Below the pieces are notes generated by a model, which made no database searches, was not told where the DNA came from, and saw only the letters and a program-made list of their open reading frames with translations. Of a stretch of DNA of 64,000 bases, positions 32,557-44,406 are shown piece by piece. The stretch is from Alphaproteobacteria bacterium (GTDB lineage: Bacteria; Pseudomonadota; Alphaproteobacteria; Paracaedibacterales; VGCI01), in assembly GCA_016869075.1 (NCBI GenBank), contig VGEY01000002.1:2376-66375 (forward strand), read 5' to 3'. The position numbers were made by a program, and so were the translations under genes. The stretch's first letter is position 1. Each line of letters opens with the position of its first letter.

Positions 32557-33233
32557 TTATCATAAACACTTTTAATGAAATTGAGATAATTTTCGATTGG
32601 CTCGAGACCCACTTTTTGACGGTCAAGATCTACATCTTTAAGTGTACCCTCAAAAGGTAAAAGTTTCCACTTATTGCCTTTTTGCTCGACTTGAGTTCCA
32701 TATTTTTGCTTAAACCCTAGGTTCTGGTATTTCAGGGCAACACGATCATAAAGATATGCATAATTCTTCACATCCGTTTCTTTCAGGGGGACAAGGTGCT
32801 GTAAAATAAAAAGGCAACTTGCTTGGAAGTGTGGATTGTGATCTGCGTGTTGCACCAACAGCCACGCCTGGTTATCTGCTTCGTTACCAAATTTAGTAAG
32901 TGTAATCCACCCATAAATAGCAAGAATTTTTTTAAGATGCTGAGTGTGGAATCGGTCCATTTTCTCAAGAAGATTTTTAAATTTAGCATTCATTTTAAAA
33001 GCAATCGCTTCTTTCCTGATCATTTGATCTAGAGTATACATAATCTTCAGTTGATCTTTAACTTGCTCAATATTTCCTATAGATTTTTCATCCAATTGCT
33101 GAAAAGAGTTCTCAACCTGTTTTTCCAACACAGGAAGCTTGCTCTCAATATCAGAACAAAAGCCTTTGAGTGAAAATCCAAAGATAATTAAAAATCTATA
33201 GATATATTTAGCTATCTGATTATTCATTTTCAT
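32553..33233 (-). CDS. DUF6624-like domain protein with signal peptide
   Basis: DQMIR, YGW, AWLLVQHAD, YAYLYDR and QKYGTQ motifs. Confidence 0.8.
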   Translation of the reverse strand: MKMNNQIAKYIYRFLIIFGFSLKGFCSDIESKLPVLEKQVENSFQQLDEKSIGNIEQVKDQLKIMYTLDQMIRKEAIAFKMNAKFKNLLEKMDRFHTQHLKKILAIYGWITLTKFGNEADNQAWLLVQHADHNPHFQASCLFILQHLVPLKETDVKNYAYLYDRVALKYQNLGFKQKYGTQVEQKGNKWKLLPFEGTLKDVDLDRQKVGLEPIENYLNFIKSVYDK

Positions 33234-34303
33234 TCTTTTTGAGCAATGACAGTTGGAAAAATGTTTCGCTTATCGTTAATGAATTTAATATTCTTAAATC
33301 CAGCTTCTTCTAACTGTTGACGGGTTAATGACTCAGTGCGTGTTGCTTGCCATTTCGCCTGTAAAATATCTACAAAAATTGCTTTTTGCATGAGGGCATC
33401 ATCCCTATTAAAATTTATCCATGGTGATGGTTGCGCTGTACCTGGTGGTGGCGTCAGAAAACTTGTTACTAAGATTCCTCCAGGTTTTAAAGCTTTGAAG
33501 AATGATTTATACAACCCTACAACTTTACGATCATCAGCTTCATAAAAATTAAGACCGTTACTTGTAATTAAATCATAAGAGTCTGAAGTATCTAGGTGCC
33601 AAGCACTCTTTTTTAGAAATGATACTTTCGCATTCGGCCTATATTTTAATATATTTTCTTTCGCGAGAATAAGAGATTCTTGATCTATATCTACTCCTAT
33701 GAGTTCAACATTTTCAAGATGAGTATAATCCAACCCTAACAAGGAATCCATCAAACCACATGGAATGGAAGCAAGCTTCATATTAGAGCGCAAACGACTT
33801 TGTATTTCCCTTTGAAAAATTTTATAACGCTCTTGCGAAGCAGTAAATGATGGAGACCTATTAATAAGCCAGTCTTCTAAAGGATTTTCTAGTTTTTTTT
33901 GAGGCCCATGTATAAGCCAATATGCGGTCCAGTAGCCGTTGATTCCACCATTTGCTAACAAGAACCTTCCGAGTTCAAACTCGGTCATTTGATGCAAAAT
34001 TTCTATTTCCTTCTCCAGGGATAAAATTAAGTTGGGCGCTTTTCTTAAGCGATTCTCAATGGATTGAAGATTAAAAGTACCTTTAACTTCATGTGTAATG
34101 ATTTTTTCATTTGATTCTAATTCATCAGATGACATAGAACTCCCTTTTGCTTCCTGATCCCTTGTATTAATATTTCTCACCTGACTTGAAGAGGTCCCCC
34201 CTTGTTTTTCTAAAATAACAAATTTTGCGCTCTTATTTGCCCATAACCATAGGGAGAGACTAACGACGATAAGACACCAGAATGAAAACTTCACAATTCT
34301 CAC
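33230..34303 (-). CDS. class I SAM-dependent methyltransferase with N-terminal membrane anchor
   Basis: ASIPCG, GVDID, DLITSNG and ALKPGGILV motifs. Confidence 0.87.
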   Translation of the reverse strand: MRIVKFSFWCLIVVSLSLWLWANKSAKFVILEKQGGTSSSQVRNINTRDQEAKGSSMSSDELESNEKIITHEVKGTFNLQSIENRLRKAPNLILSLEKEIEILHQMTEFELGRFLLANGGINGYWTAYWLIHGPQKKLENPLEDWLINRSPSFTASQERYKIFQREIQSRLRSNMKLASIPCGLMDSLLGLDYTHLENVELIGVDIDQESLILAKENILKYRPNAKVSFLKKSAWHLDTSDSYDLITSNGLNFYEADDRKVVGLYKSFFKALKPGGILVTSFLTPPPGTAQPSPWINFNRDDALMQKAIFVDILQAKWQATRTESLTRQQLEEAGFKNIKFINDKRNIFPTVIAQKE

Positions 34304-34337
34304 ATTCGCTCCCTTTTTGCTTATCTAGGATTGCAGC

Positions 34338-35231
34338 TTATTTGTTAAGGATTGCAGCCATAGGATAGCTAAAAAATAGGAAATGACACAAGTTCACAAT
34401 AAAATGAACGAGCATGGCTGCTTCCAACCTATTGGTCAAATGATAAGCATATCCATAAAACATGCCAGCAATTGTTGCAAAAGCAATAAAAGTTATTCCA
34501 CCTTTTAAATGACCAACCAAGAGAACACCAAAGAGCAAAGAAGTAACTGTTATGGGAATAAATGCTGGAATCTTACGCCCCTTAGAAATTTGCATTAAAT
34601 AATTTTGGATTATTCCCCGAAAAATCACTTCTTCTGCAAAACAAACAAAAAGCATATTATTAAAAATCCATAACCCCGTTGAATCTGGAATTTTAAAATC
34701 ATAATGCACATAGCCTGTGTAGAGTGCTATTGGGATGAGAACTGAAATGCACAAACCTGAAAGAAGGAAAATGCGTAAGAACGCCCCTTTTCCAAGAGGA
34801 AGGGTTTGATTAAAAATAAGGGAACTTGTCACAGCAAGAATAAGAGCTGCCGCAGTTTTATCGAAATTCAGATACATTGTAAAAGGCGCAGAAGATAAAG
34901 ATAAATACACATTATTTATGGCGCGTAAGTTATAAAATCCAGGAATAAGATGATTCGCAAAACCTAAAGCAATTGCAACAATGATGATAAGACGTAAAGA
35001 AGCAAGCCATCCTTTTGATGAAAAGTAGCACCAATGAAGTTCACAAATTCCCCAAAATATTCCTATGGCTAAGAGCCCCATCCAATTTATAACACCCCAG
35101 GCAAGGGCAAGAACCAATTGAGCCGCAATAAGGCTTTTAAGCAGGCGTTGGGAGCGAAAAATGAACATCCCGGTTATGAGAAAACCTAAAGTAAGATAGG
35201 GAAAGAGGGCAGAAACAGATTGAATATTCAT
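34338..35231 (-). CDS. CPBP (CAAX protease / Abi) family intramembrane metalloprotease
   Basis: EEVIFRG, FG...H and HFIVN motifs; multiple TM segments. Confidence 0.92.
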   Translation of the reverse strand: MNIQSVSALFPYLTLGFLITGMFIFRSQRLLKSLIAAQLVLALAWGVINWMGLLAIGIFWGICELHWCYFSSKGWLASLRLIIIVAIALGFANHLIPGFYNLRAINNVYLSLSSAPFTMYLNFDKTAAALILAVTSSLIFNQTLPLGKGAFLRIFLLSGLCISVLIPIALYTGYVHYDFKIPDSTGLWIFNNMLFVCFAEEVIFRGIIQNYLMQISKGRKIPAFIPITVTSLLFGVLLVGHLKGGITFIAFATIAGMFYGYAYHLTNRLEAAMLVHFIVNLCHFLFFSYPMAAILNK

Positions 35232-35495
35232 AAGCGCTCCATTAGTTTGCTATAAACTTTTCTATTCATACCTGGTTAGATTCTTTAAAACACCCAAAGA
35301 CTGACACTTGTTGGGTGCCTCGTCAACCCCTTAAAGATTTAGACGTTTTTGATGACCTTTTTTCACTCCCAGGAAGTTCCTTATAGATAGCTTAAATACT
35401 TAAGTTTTTTTTCTTGATTTAGGACGTGTCAAAATGCTTCTATACCACATAAACATTCAAGGTTCAGAACGACTCCTAAATAGGGATTATTAGAA

Positions 35496-37388
35496 ATGGC
35501 ATTAAATATAGAAACGTTTGATAACTGCACCGGGGGTAATGTCCTCTACAAAGTTCTTGCACATCCCCAAACAGCTCTGAATTTAAGAACTCTTTTTCAA
35601 CAGCTGAGTTCCTCTAAAATTGCTCTCTATGATCCTTTAGGAATTTTAGAAGCCTTTCAACAATTTTATCTTCCTGAGCTCCAACTCTTAAAGATTACTC
35701 ATATTTACGTCCAAAAATTTGAGCATATTGGGAAAGACTATCCATTGTTTGGGAATATCACAACCCGCCCCCTAACTGAACTTTCCGAAAATCAAGACGA
35801 CGTTTTATTTATTCTTTCCTTTGAGAAAGACTTGATGCTCTCTGCACTGACACCCTACCTTCCTAAAGGATTAAAGGTTTACTCCCTCGACGATATTCGC
35901 TTAGAGGTCTTAGCGGGTGAGAGAAATTATCTCACTCCCCTAAATTTTGCAACAAACTTTGCTTTTTTTAGAGAGCAAGATGGATTTCACACGCGCCTTA
36001 TTACGGCTAATTATTGGCATAGGTATGGTGCTAAAGACGTTAAGCTTTCTTGTACCCTTTTTGGAGAAGAGGGACAAGTTTTAGCTGAATGGGAGCATCC
36101 ATTAAATGCCAGCGAACATACCATCGTGCTCGATAGTCAAGAGATTAAAAAGAAATTTAATTTAAGCCCTTTTACAGGACAGCTTTTTATACACGTGATA
36201 GGTGCTAAGGGTCACGACATTGTGAAATATGCACTTGAAACATACACAGATGACCACACACACGTTTCTTGCACCCACGACGCCAATTCATGGCCTGCAG
36301 ATTCATATGCTGGGCTCCCGGCACCGCATCAAAATGAACAAGTTTATTTTTGGATCCAAAATAGCCACCCAGTTCCCATTCCTGCCAATTCCATTGGTAT
36401 AAATGTAATGGGCAAAAAGGATGTCGTTTGGCTTGATCGCCAAATAGCTCCTTTTGCAACTTATCGACTCAATGTTGCAGATCTATTACCCAATGTAAGG
36501 TGGCCTCAACAAATTGAAGTTCAAGCCGGTAAATACGTTGTGCGCCCACGCTATGAAATTATCTGTAAATCCACAAATAATCAGCGCATAGCTCATATTA
36601 ATGTTCAAAGAAATGATCTTCAGCCAACTATTACACCCGCACATTTAAAGCCCTTATTTGGGAAAAATTATATCCTTCCTGCTCCTATTTTGCCTCAATC
36701 TGATTTTCAATCATTGGTCCTTCCAACCCCCATGTGTACACAGCAAACACACCTTCCCTTAAAGGTTTTTGTCTATGATGCCACCGGACAAGCAATTGCG
36801 GAGCATTCCTTGGGAGTATTGGAAAGAGACCATGCAACGGTTGTAGATTGTGGGCAATGGTCTTTACCTAGCGGTTTTGGTCATATTGAATTGGCCTATG
36901 ATGAGGGTCAGAATATATCAGTTGACGGATGGTTACATGGCCTTTTCCGGTATGAGAAAGGACCTCAGAAAGCTGAAACAAGCTTTGGTGCTCATATTTT
37001 TAATACTCCTCTTGTTTATAAAAACGAGCCTCAAAGTTATGCTGGAAGTCCTCCAGGTTTGCGGACGCGCCTGTTCCTTGCCTTATCAGATTCTCAATCA
37101 GATACAACATGCTTCTTGATTTATCCATCCTCCACCCAATGGCATCCCTATTCAGAAACAAACTTTGTTCTTCACGATCATCAAGGCAAAGAAATTTCTA
37201 GTCATTCAGTAAAAATACCTTGCAGTGGGTCTTTTCTCTTTTCTTATCATAAGACATTTCCCGAAGAATTGCGCACAAAAGCAAAGGGGGGATATATCAT
37301 TATTCGTGATACGACCTGTCGCCTTTTCGGCTATCATGGCACCTGGGGAAATCAAGACTTTAGCTTTGATCATATGTTTGGATTTTAA
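35496..37388 (+). CDS. conserved hypothetical protein (630 aa)
   Basis: Long intact ORF; repeated beta-rich units; His-containing motifs; no recognised family. Confidence 0.85.
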   Translation: MALNIETFDNCTGGNVLYKVLAHPQTALNLRTLFQQLSSSKIALYDPLGILEAFQQFYLPELQLLKITHIYVQKFEHIGKDYPLFGNITTRPLTELSENQDDVLFILSFEKDLMLSALTPYLPKGLKVYSLDDIRLEVLAGERNYLTPLNFATNFAFFREQDGFHTRLITANYWHRYGAKDVKLSCTLFGEEGQVLAEWEHPLNASEHTIVLDSQEIKKKFNLSPFTGQLFIHVIGAKGHDIVKYALETYTDDHTHVSCTHDANSWPADSYAGLPAPHQNEQVYFWIQNSHPVPIPANSIGINVMGKKDVVWLDRQIAPFATYRLNVADLLPNVRWPQQIEVQAGKYVVRPRYEIICKSTNNQRIAHINVQRNDLQPTITPAHLKPLFGKNYILPAPILPQSDFQSLVLPTPMCTQQTHLPLKVFVYDATGQAIAEHSLGVLERDHATVVDCGQWSLPSGFGHIELAYDEGQNISVDGWLHGLFRYEKGPQKAETSFGAHIFNTPLVYKNEPQSYAGSPPGLRTRLFLALSDSQSDTTCFLIYPSSTQWHPYSETNFVLHDHQGKEISSHSVKIPCSGSFLFSYHKTFPEELRTKAKGGYIIIRDTTCRLFGYHGTWGNQDFSFDHMFGF

Positions 37389-37405
37389 TCATATTTGTCT
37401 TTGCT

Positions 37406-37436
37406 AAACCTCTCCTTGATAAAAAGGAGAGGTTTT
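37406..37436. terminator. bidirectional intrinsic terminator
   Basis: 12-bp stem AAACCTCTCCTT/AAGGAGAGGTTT between convergent genes. Confidence 0.8.
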
Positions 37437-37453
37437 TACAAAGAGGAAAGAAT

Positions 37454-38728
37454 TTAGGTCTTCTTCTTTTTAGTCTTCTGATAAGCCTGAATAAATTTTA
37501 TTGCCCCCAAAGAAACAACCCCCGCACCTGTTAGATAAAAAGCCGGTACCATGATGGAGCCAGTCTTGTTAATGAGGTACGTAATGAGCATCGGTGCGGT
37601 TCCTCCAAAGAGCGGACCACTGATATTCGTGGTAATCGCAATGGCAGAAAACCGAATTGATGTTGGGTAGGCCTCTACCATCATGGCTGGCGTTGGACCG
37701 AAGTAACCTCCAGCAGCAATGGCAAAAAGGAGTTGCGCTAAAAAGATACTCATTAAGCTGCTTGTGGTATTGATAATATTAAACAGAGGAATTGTTCCGA
37801 TTATAAAAATGAGCGCAGCACCAATCATCACAGGCTTACGTCCAATTTTATCAGAGAGCCATGCTCCCAGAACTGTAAAGACACATACTGCGATCAAATT
37901 AAGGGTATTTATGGTAAAGGCAGCCTCTTCTGCCAAATGAAGTTGCTTTGTTAAGTATGTTGGCATGTAAGCAAAGAGCATATAAAAGCTGACATCATGT
38001 AACATGACAGCCAAAACAACAATAAAGAGCATTCTACCCTGTTGTGCAAAAACTTGTGTGACGGGATGTTTTGATACTTTTCCAGACTTTTGAATTCCCA
38101 CGTATTCAGGAGATTCTGGAATTCTTGCACGTAAGTAATAACCGATGAAGCAAATAAAAATACCGAGTAAGAAGGGCAATCGCCATCCCCACGTATTTAA
38201 ATCAAGCTCTCCAAGAGTGTATGAAAAAAGCGTTGCTGTAGCTGAGCCTAATAAGATTCCTATTAGACAACTTGTAACCGCAAAACTACCAATCAGCCCA
38301 CGATGTTTAGGATCTGAATGTTCTGTTGTAAAGGTAATGGATCCTCCATAATTTCCGCCCATGGAAAACCCTTGTAAGATACGCATTACAATGAGCAAGA
38401 TAGAGGCCCAGACGCCAATTTCTTCATAGGTTGGTAAAAGACCTATAATAGCTGTGGGAATCGCCATCAGTAAGATAGTTAACACGAGTGCAGATTTGCG
38501 GCCCCACTTGTCCCCAATATGACCGAAAACAATACCGCCCAGAGGTCTAAAAATAAAGCCAACAGCAAAAACACCAAATGCTTTGATCAATTCAGTAGTT
38601 TCATCTGTAGATGGAAAAAAAAGCTTTCCAAAAACAGGTGCAAAATAGGCAAACAAGATAAAATCGTACCATTCAAACAAGTTCCCCATCATGCTGGTAA
38701 CAACTGTCCGAAACAAACTTTTTTTCAT
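37454..38728 (-). CDS. MFS transporter, metabolite:H+ symporter (ProP-like)
   Basis: GNLFEWYDF, RPLGG..FGHIGDKWGRK, RILQGFSMGG, WGWRLPF and ESP motifs. Confidence 0.94.
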   Translation of the reverse strand: MKKSLFRTVVTSMMGNLFEWYDFILFAYFAPVFGKLFFPSTDETTELIKAFGVFAVGFIFRPLGGIVFGHIGDKWGRKSALVLTILLMAIPTAIIGLLPTYEEIGVWASILLIVMRILQGFSMGGNYGGSITFTTEHSDPKHRGLIGSFAVTSCLIGILLGSATATLFSYTLGELDLNTWGWRLPFLLGIFICFIGYYLRARIPESPEYVGIQKSGKVSKHPVTQVFAQQGRMLFIVVLAVMLHDVSFYMLFAYMPTYLTKQLHLAEEAAFTINTLNLIAVCVFTVLGAWLSDKIGRKPVMIGAALIFIIGTIPLFNIINTTSSLMSIFLAQLLFAIAAGGYFGPTPAMMVEAYPTSIRFSAIAITTNISGPLFGGTAPMLITYLINKTGSIMVPAFYLTGAGVVSLGAIKFIQAYQKTKKKKT

Positions 38729-38809
38729 AACGTACTCCATATAGAAATTTCACTTAAAAAGTAAAATTTAATTCTAGTTTATAATAAGTTTTACATATGT
38801 ATAGGGTTT

Positions 38810-38840
38810 AAAAAAAGATAAAATGTCGACATCAGTCGAC
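38810..38840 (-). terminator. attenuator-like hairpin overlapping the leader ORF stop codon
   Basis: Minus strand GTCGAC-TGAT-GTCGAC then ATTTTATCTTTTTTT. Confidence 0.55.
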
Positions 38841-38888
38841 GAGTCGAAGTGAAAGGAGGAATGAAAAAAGAGAAACGTAGTAAACCAT
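38832..38888 (-). CDS. putative 18-aa leader peptide MVYYVSLFSFLLSLRLVD
   Basis: Short ORF about 100 nt upstream of the MFS gene; TGA stop is in the hairpin loop; weak AAGAG RBS. Confidence 0.4.
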   Translation of the reverse strand: MVYYVSLFSFLLSLRLVD

Positions 38889-38960
38889 TAAAATCTCTTT
38901 ACACTATTATCTGGTTGATCGGTAACATAAAGGTTGAATAAATGTCCATTAATTTTTTTA

Positions 38961-39677
38961 CTAATTAACCACTTTTGAGGTTCCTATTTGCATAGATTCT
39001 TGGGTATCTACACCGACAGGATGCGTTGAACGCTCTAGGACCCAACGGATCATTTTCACTGCCATATAAAATACAGGTGTGTTACAGAGTGTAAAAATGA
39101 GCTTAAAAAGATAACTATTGAAAATTATTTTTCCTATTTGATCCGTTGGAAGAATATTATAAAAATTCAGAAAACAATTTACGATAAGGGTGTCAACAAA
39201 TAGAGAAACGGCAATACTTACATTGTTTCGGATCCATAACCATTTTTCACCAGTCAAGGTGCGAATCCATAAATAGAGAGAAATATCAATTAATTGCGAA
39301 ACGTAGCAAGCGATAATGGAGCCTACAAAAGCAATGTTAAACTGTCCAAATACCTTGTGGAATATATCATTATTAACAGAAGACCAACTTGTTGCCTGCA
39401 AGTGATCCATACCTATAATTGCAAAGGCTATAATGACATTCATAATAAGGGCATTTTTTACACAAAAGCGCGCCCGTTCTCTGCCATAAAATTCAGTAAT
39501 GAGATCAGTTATAAGATAAGTAATTGGATATATAATGGCTCCCACAGACAGCTCAAATGACAGGAGGAAGGGAAAAGGTAACGAGACAAATTTTTGATAG
39601 ACCAAATTTGCCATCACAAGAAAAACGGCAAAAAGGGTCGATAAGAAGACATAAATTTTGTCTGAATGGGTTATCAT
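38961..39677 (-). CDS. yhhQ: queuosine precursor transporter (YhhQ/DUF165, Vut family)
   Basis: YPITYLITDLITEFYG, SIIACYVSQLID and LWIRNN.S...S..VDT motifs. Confidence 0.9.
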   Translation of the reverse strand: MITHSDKIYVFLSTLFAVFLVMANLVYQKFVSLPFPFLLSFELSVGAIIYPITYLITDLITEFYGRERARFCVKNALIMNVIIAFAIIGMDHLQATSWSSVNNDIFHKVFGQFNIAFVGSIIACYVSQLIDISLYLWIRTLTGEKWLWIRNNVSIAVSLFVDTLIVNCFLNFYNILPTDQIGKIIFNSYLFKLIFTLCNTPVFYMAVKMIRWVLERSTHPVGVDTQESMQIGTSKVVN

Positions 39678-39717
39678 GATAGAGTCATAAAATATTTTTT
39701 ATTAAACAAAAAAACTC

Positions 39718-41853
39718 CTATCCTGCGATCTGATTAACCAGCCGCTCAAATTCATCATCTGTTTCTGTATAAACCCGAGAGCGGGGAGCTATAGGCCCAT
39801 CATCAGAAATCTCATCAACATCTTCGTGGCTCATTTCTGCGGACATTTCAGAGCTCTCAACAGGTAATTCTCCTTGAGGAAGTCGATTATCATCATAAAC
39901 GAGTTTCATAAATGCGCCCCAAGTCCGCGCAGGTAACCTCGCTCCGGTAGATTTTTTTGCCATGGGCTTAAAATTATCATTTCCCGTCCAAACTCCAGCC
40001 ACAAGATCAGGGGTATATCCTACAAACCATGCATCAAAATCACCGTTGCTTCCTGTTTTACCAGCGACAGGAAAATGCATTTTTGCAGCTCGACCTGTTC
40101 CATTATTGACCGCACTGATCAGCATTTGATTCATTTGTTTAACATATTTTAAATCAACCACAGGGCTAGAAAATTCACTTGTGCGCTGATAGAGAATATT
40201 CCCGGCCTTATCTCTGATCGCTAAAATTCCATAGGGCCAAACACTCATACCATTATTTGCAAACGTACCTATTGCTGCAGTGAGTTCAAGAAGTGTCGTT
40301 CCCGTCGTTCCAATTGCCATGCTGAGGTCAGTTACAATCTTACCACTTATGCCCAAACGACGTGCAACTTCAGCAACACGCCGCGTCCCAACTTCCTGGG
40401 CAAGACGAACGGTGCATGAATTGACGGACTTTGTGATGGCTTCTTTAAGGCTATAATCTTCCCCATCTTCATAACGATATTTATGTTTACCAAAATTTCG
40501 GGGGGTCCAATTCCCAACCGTAACGGGTTCATCACTGACACGTGATTCTGGAGTCATTCCATATTCCAAAGCCGCCAAATAAACAAAAGGTTTCCAGGCA
40601 GATCCAGGTTGCCTAAAAGCTTGTGTTACACGATTAAATTGGCTTTCCTGATAGTTTTTCCCGCCAACCATTGCGCGAACTGCCCCATCAGGTGACATAG
40701 CAACCAAGGCAATTTCACTTGTTTTTAATTCTTTACCCATTTCGGCTAACAAGCTTAAGGCTGCCTCTTCGCCTTTCTTTTGCATTTGCAAATCGAGCGT
40801 TACGATCACTACTAAATCGCGATCCGTAATGGTTACATAATTAGGAATCGAGTCATAAACCCAATCAGCAAAAAACTGATGACTATTCCCTGTTGAAGGG
40901 GCGAGGTTTTGCTGAGCCATGCCTTGGCGTAAATACTCGTCTGCAGAGCGGATATACCCCGCTTCTTGCATTTGATCTAGAACCACTTTAGCGCGCGCCC
41001 TGGCACGTTCTGGATGTGCTGTTGGAGAATAACGGGAAGGTGCTTTAAGTAAACCAGCGATGACGGCCGCCTCATAAACTGTGAGTTGCCGTGCTGATTT
41101 TTTAAAATATTTATGGGCAGCAGCATCCACACCATAGGTTCCGGCACCAAAATAGACGCGGTTCAAATAAATGGTCATAATTTGGTCTTTGGTAAAATGC
41201 CATTCAAACCAAACAGCCATAATGGCCTCTTGTATTTTCCGCCTCAAAGAACGGTCATTATGGGTATAAAGACCTTGAGTCATAAGGAAGTTTTTAGCTA
41301 ACTGTTGGGTGATGGTTGAGCCACCTTGAACGACGCGATCAGCTCTATAGTTTGTGTAAGCAGCACGAACCAACCCTATGATGTCAACACCAAAGTGGCT
41401 ATAAAAACGACGATCCTCAATAGCCATCAACGCTTGGGGAATGTAGGGAGAAAGTTCTTCAACGCGGATCATATCTTCATACAAATCACCATAGGTTCCA
41501 ATAACTGTACCATCGGTTGTCATAATAGTGACGCTGGGCCGCCGCGCAGTTGCTTGAAGTCGATTAATATCGGGTAAGTCATAACTAAACCAAAGGACAC
41601 CTAATAGACCCAAGCTTACAAACCAAATTCCCAATGTGATGAAGAGACGAAAAATAACCCATTTTATCGATCTTCGTCTCGGCTGCTTCGGGGGGCGCCG
41701 ACCACCTCCTCCACCGCTTTTTCGAGTACTTTTTTCATTACTCGCCCTTCTTTTTGGTTGAGGTTTAGAGCGCGTGTATGTGCGTTTTCCTTCTTCTCCA
41801 AAAGATAAAGTTGGGCGCTCAAATCCAAAAAGTTTGGGAGGTTTTTTAGTCAC
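39718..41853 (-). CDS. class A penicillin-binding protein (PBP1A family)
   Basis: Transglycosylase EDRRFYSH and QGGSTITQQLAKN; transpeptidase SAWK, SVN and KTG. Confidence 0.96.
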   Translation of the reverse strand: MTKKPPKLFGFERPTLSFGEEGKRTYTRSKPQPKRRASNEKSTRKSGGGGGRRPPKQPRRRSIKWVIFRLFITLGIWFVSLGLLGVLWFSYDLPDINRLQATARRPSVTIMTTDGTVIGTYGDLYEDMIRVEELSPYIPQALMAIEDRRFYSHFGVDIIGLVRAAYTNYRADRVVQGGSTITQQLAKNFLMTQGLYTHNDRSLRRKIQEAIMAVWFEWHFTKDQIMTIYLNRVYFGAGTYGVDAAAHKYFKKSARQLTVYEAAVIAGLLKAPSRYSPTAHPERARARAKVVLDQMQEAGYIRSADEYLRQGMAQQNLAPSTGNSHQFFADWVYDSIPNYVTITDRDLVVIVTLDLQMQKKGEEAALSLLAEMGKELKTSEIALVAMSPDGAVRAMVGGKNYQESQFNRVTQAFRQPGSAWKPFVYLAALEYGMTPESRVSDEPVTVGNWTPRNFGKHKYRYEDGEDYSLKEAITKSVNSCTVRLAQEVGTRRVAEVARRLGISGKIVTDLSMAIGTTGTTLLELTAAIGTFANNGMSVWPYGILAIRDKAGNILYQRTSEFSSPVVDLKYVKQMNQMLISAVNNGTGRAAKMHFPVAGKTGSNGDFDAWFVGYTPDLVAGVWTGNDNFKPMAKKSTGARLPARTWGAFMKLVYDDNRLPQGELPVESSEMSAEMSHEDVDEISDDGPIAPRSRVYTETDDEFERLVNQIAG

Positions 41854-41915
41854 AAGTTACCTTAGTAAAAATTGTAAGTTTTATTTATTCGCTAATAACA
41901 ATAACTTATATACCA

Positions 41916-44390
<2,475 letters not shown>

Positions 44391-44406
44391 CTACCCCTAC
44401 ATTCAG

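Noticed and set aside
38898-38948. Additional 16-aa ORF MDIYSTFMLPINQIIV upstream of the MFS leader
   Set aside because: No RBS or associated structure; ORFs of this size arise readily by chance.
39678-39717. preQ1 riboswitch upstream of yhhQ
   Set aside because: The 40-nt AT-rich spacer lacks the aptamer stem and conserved loop.
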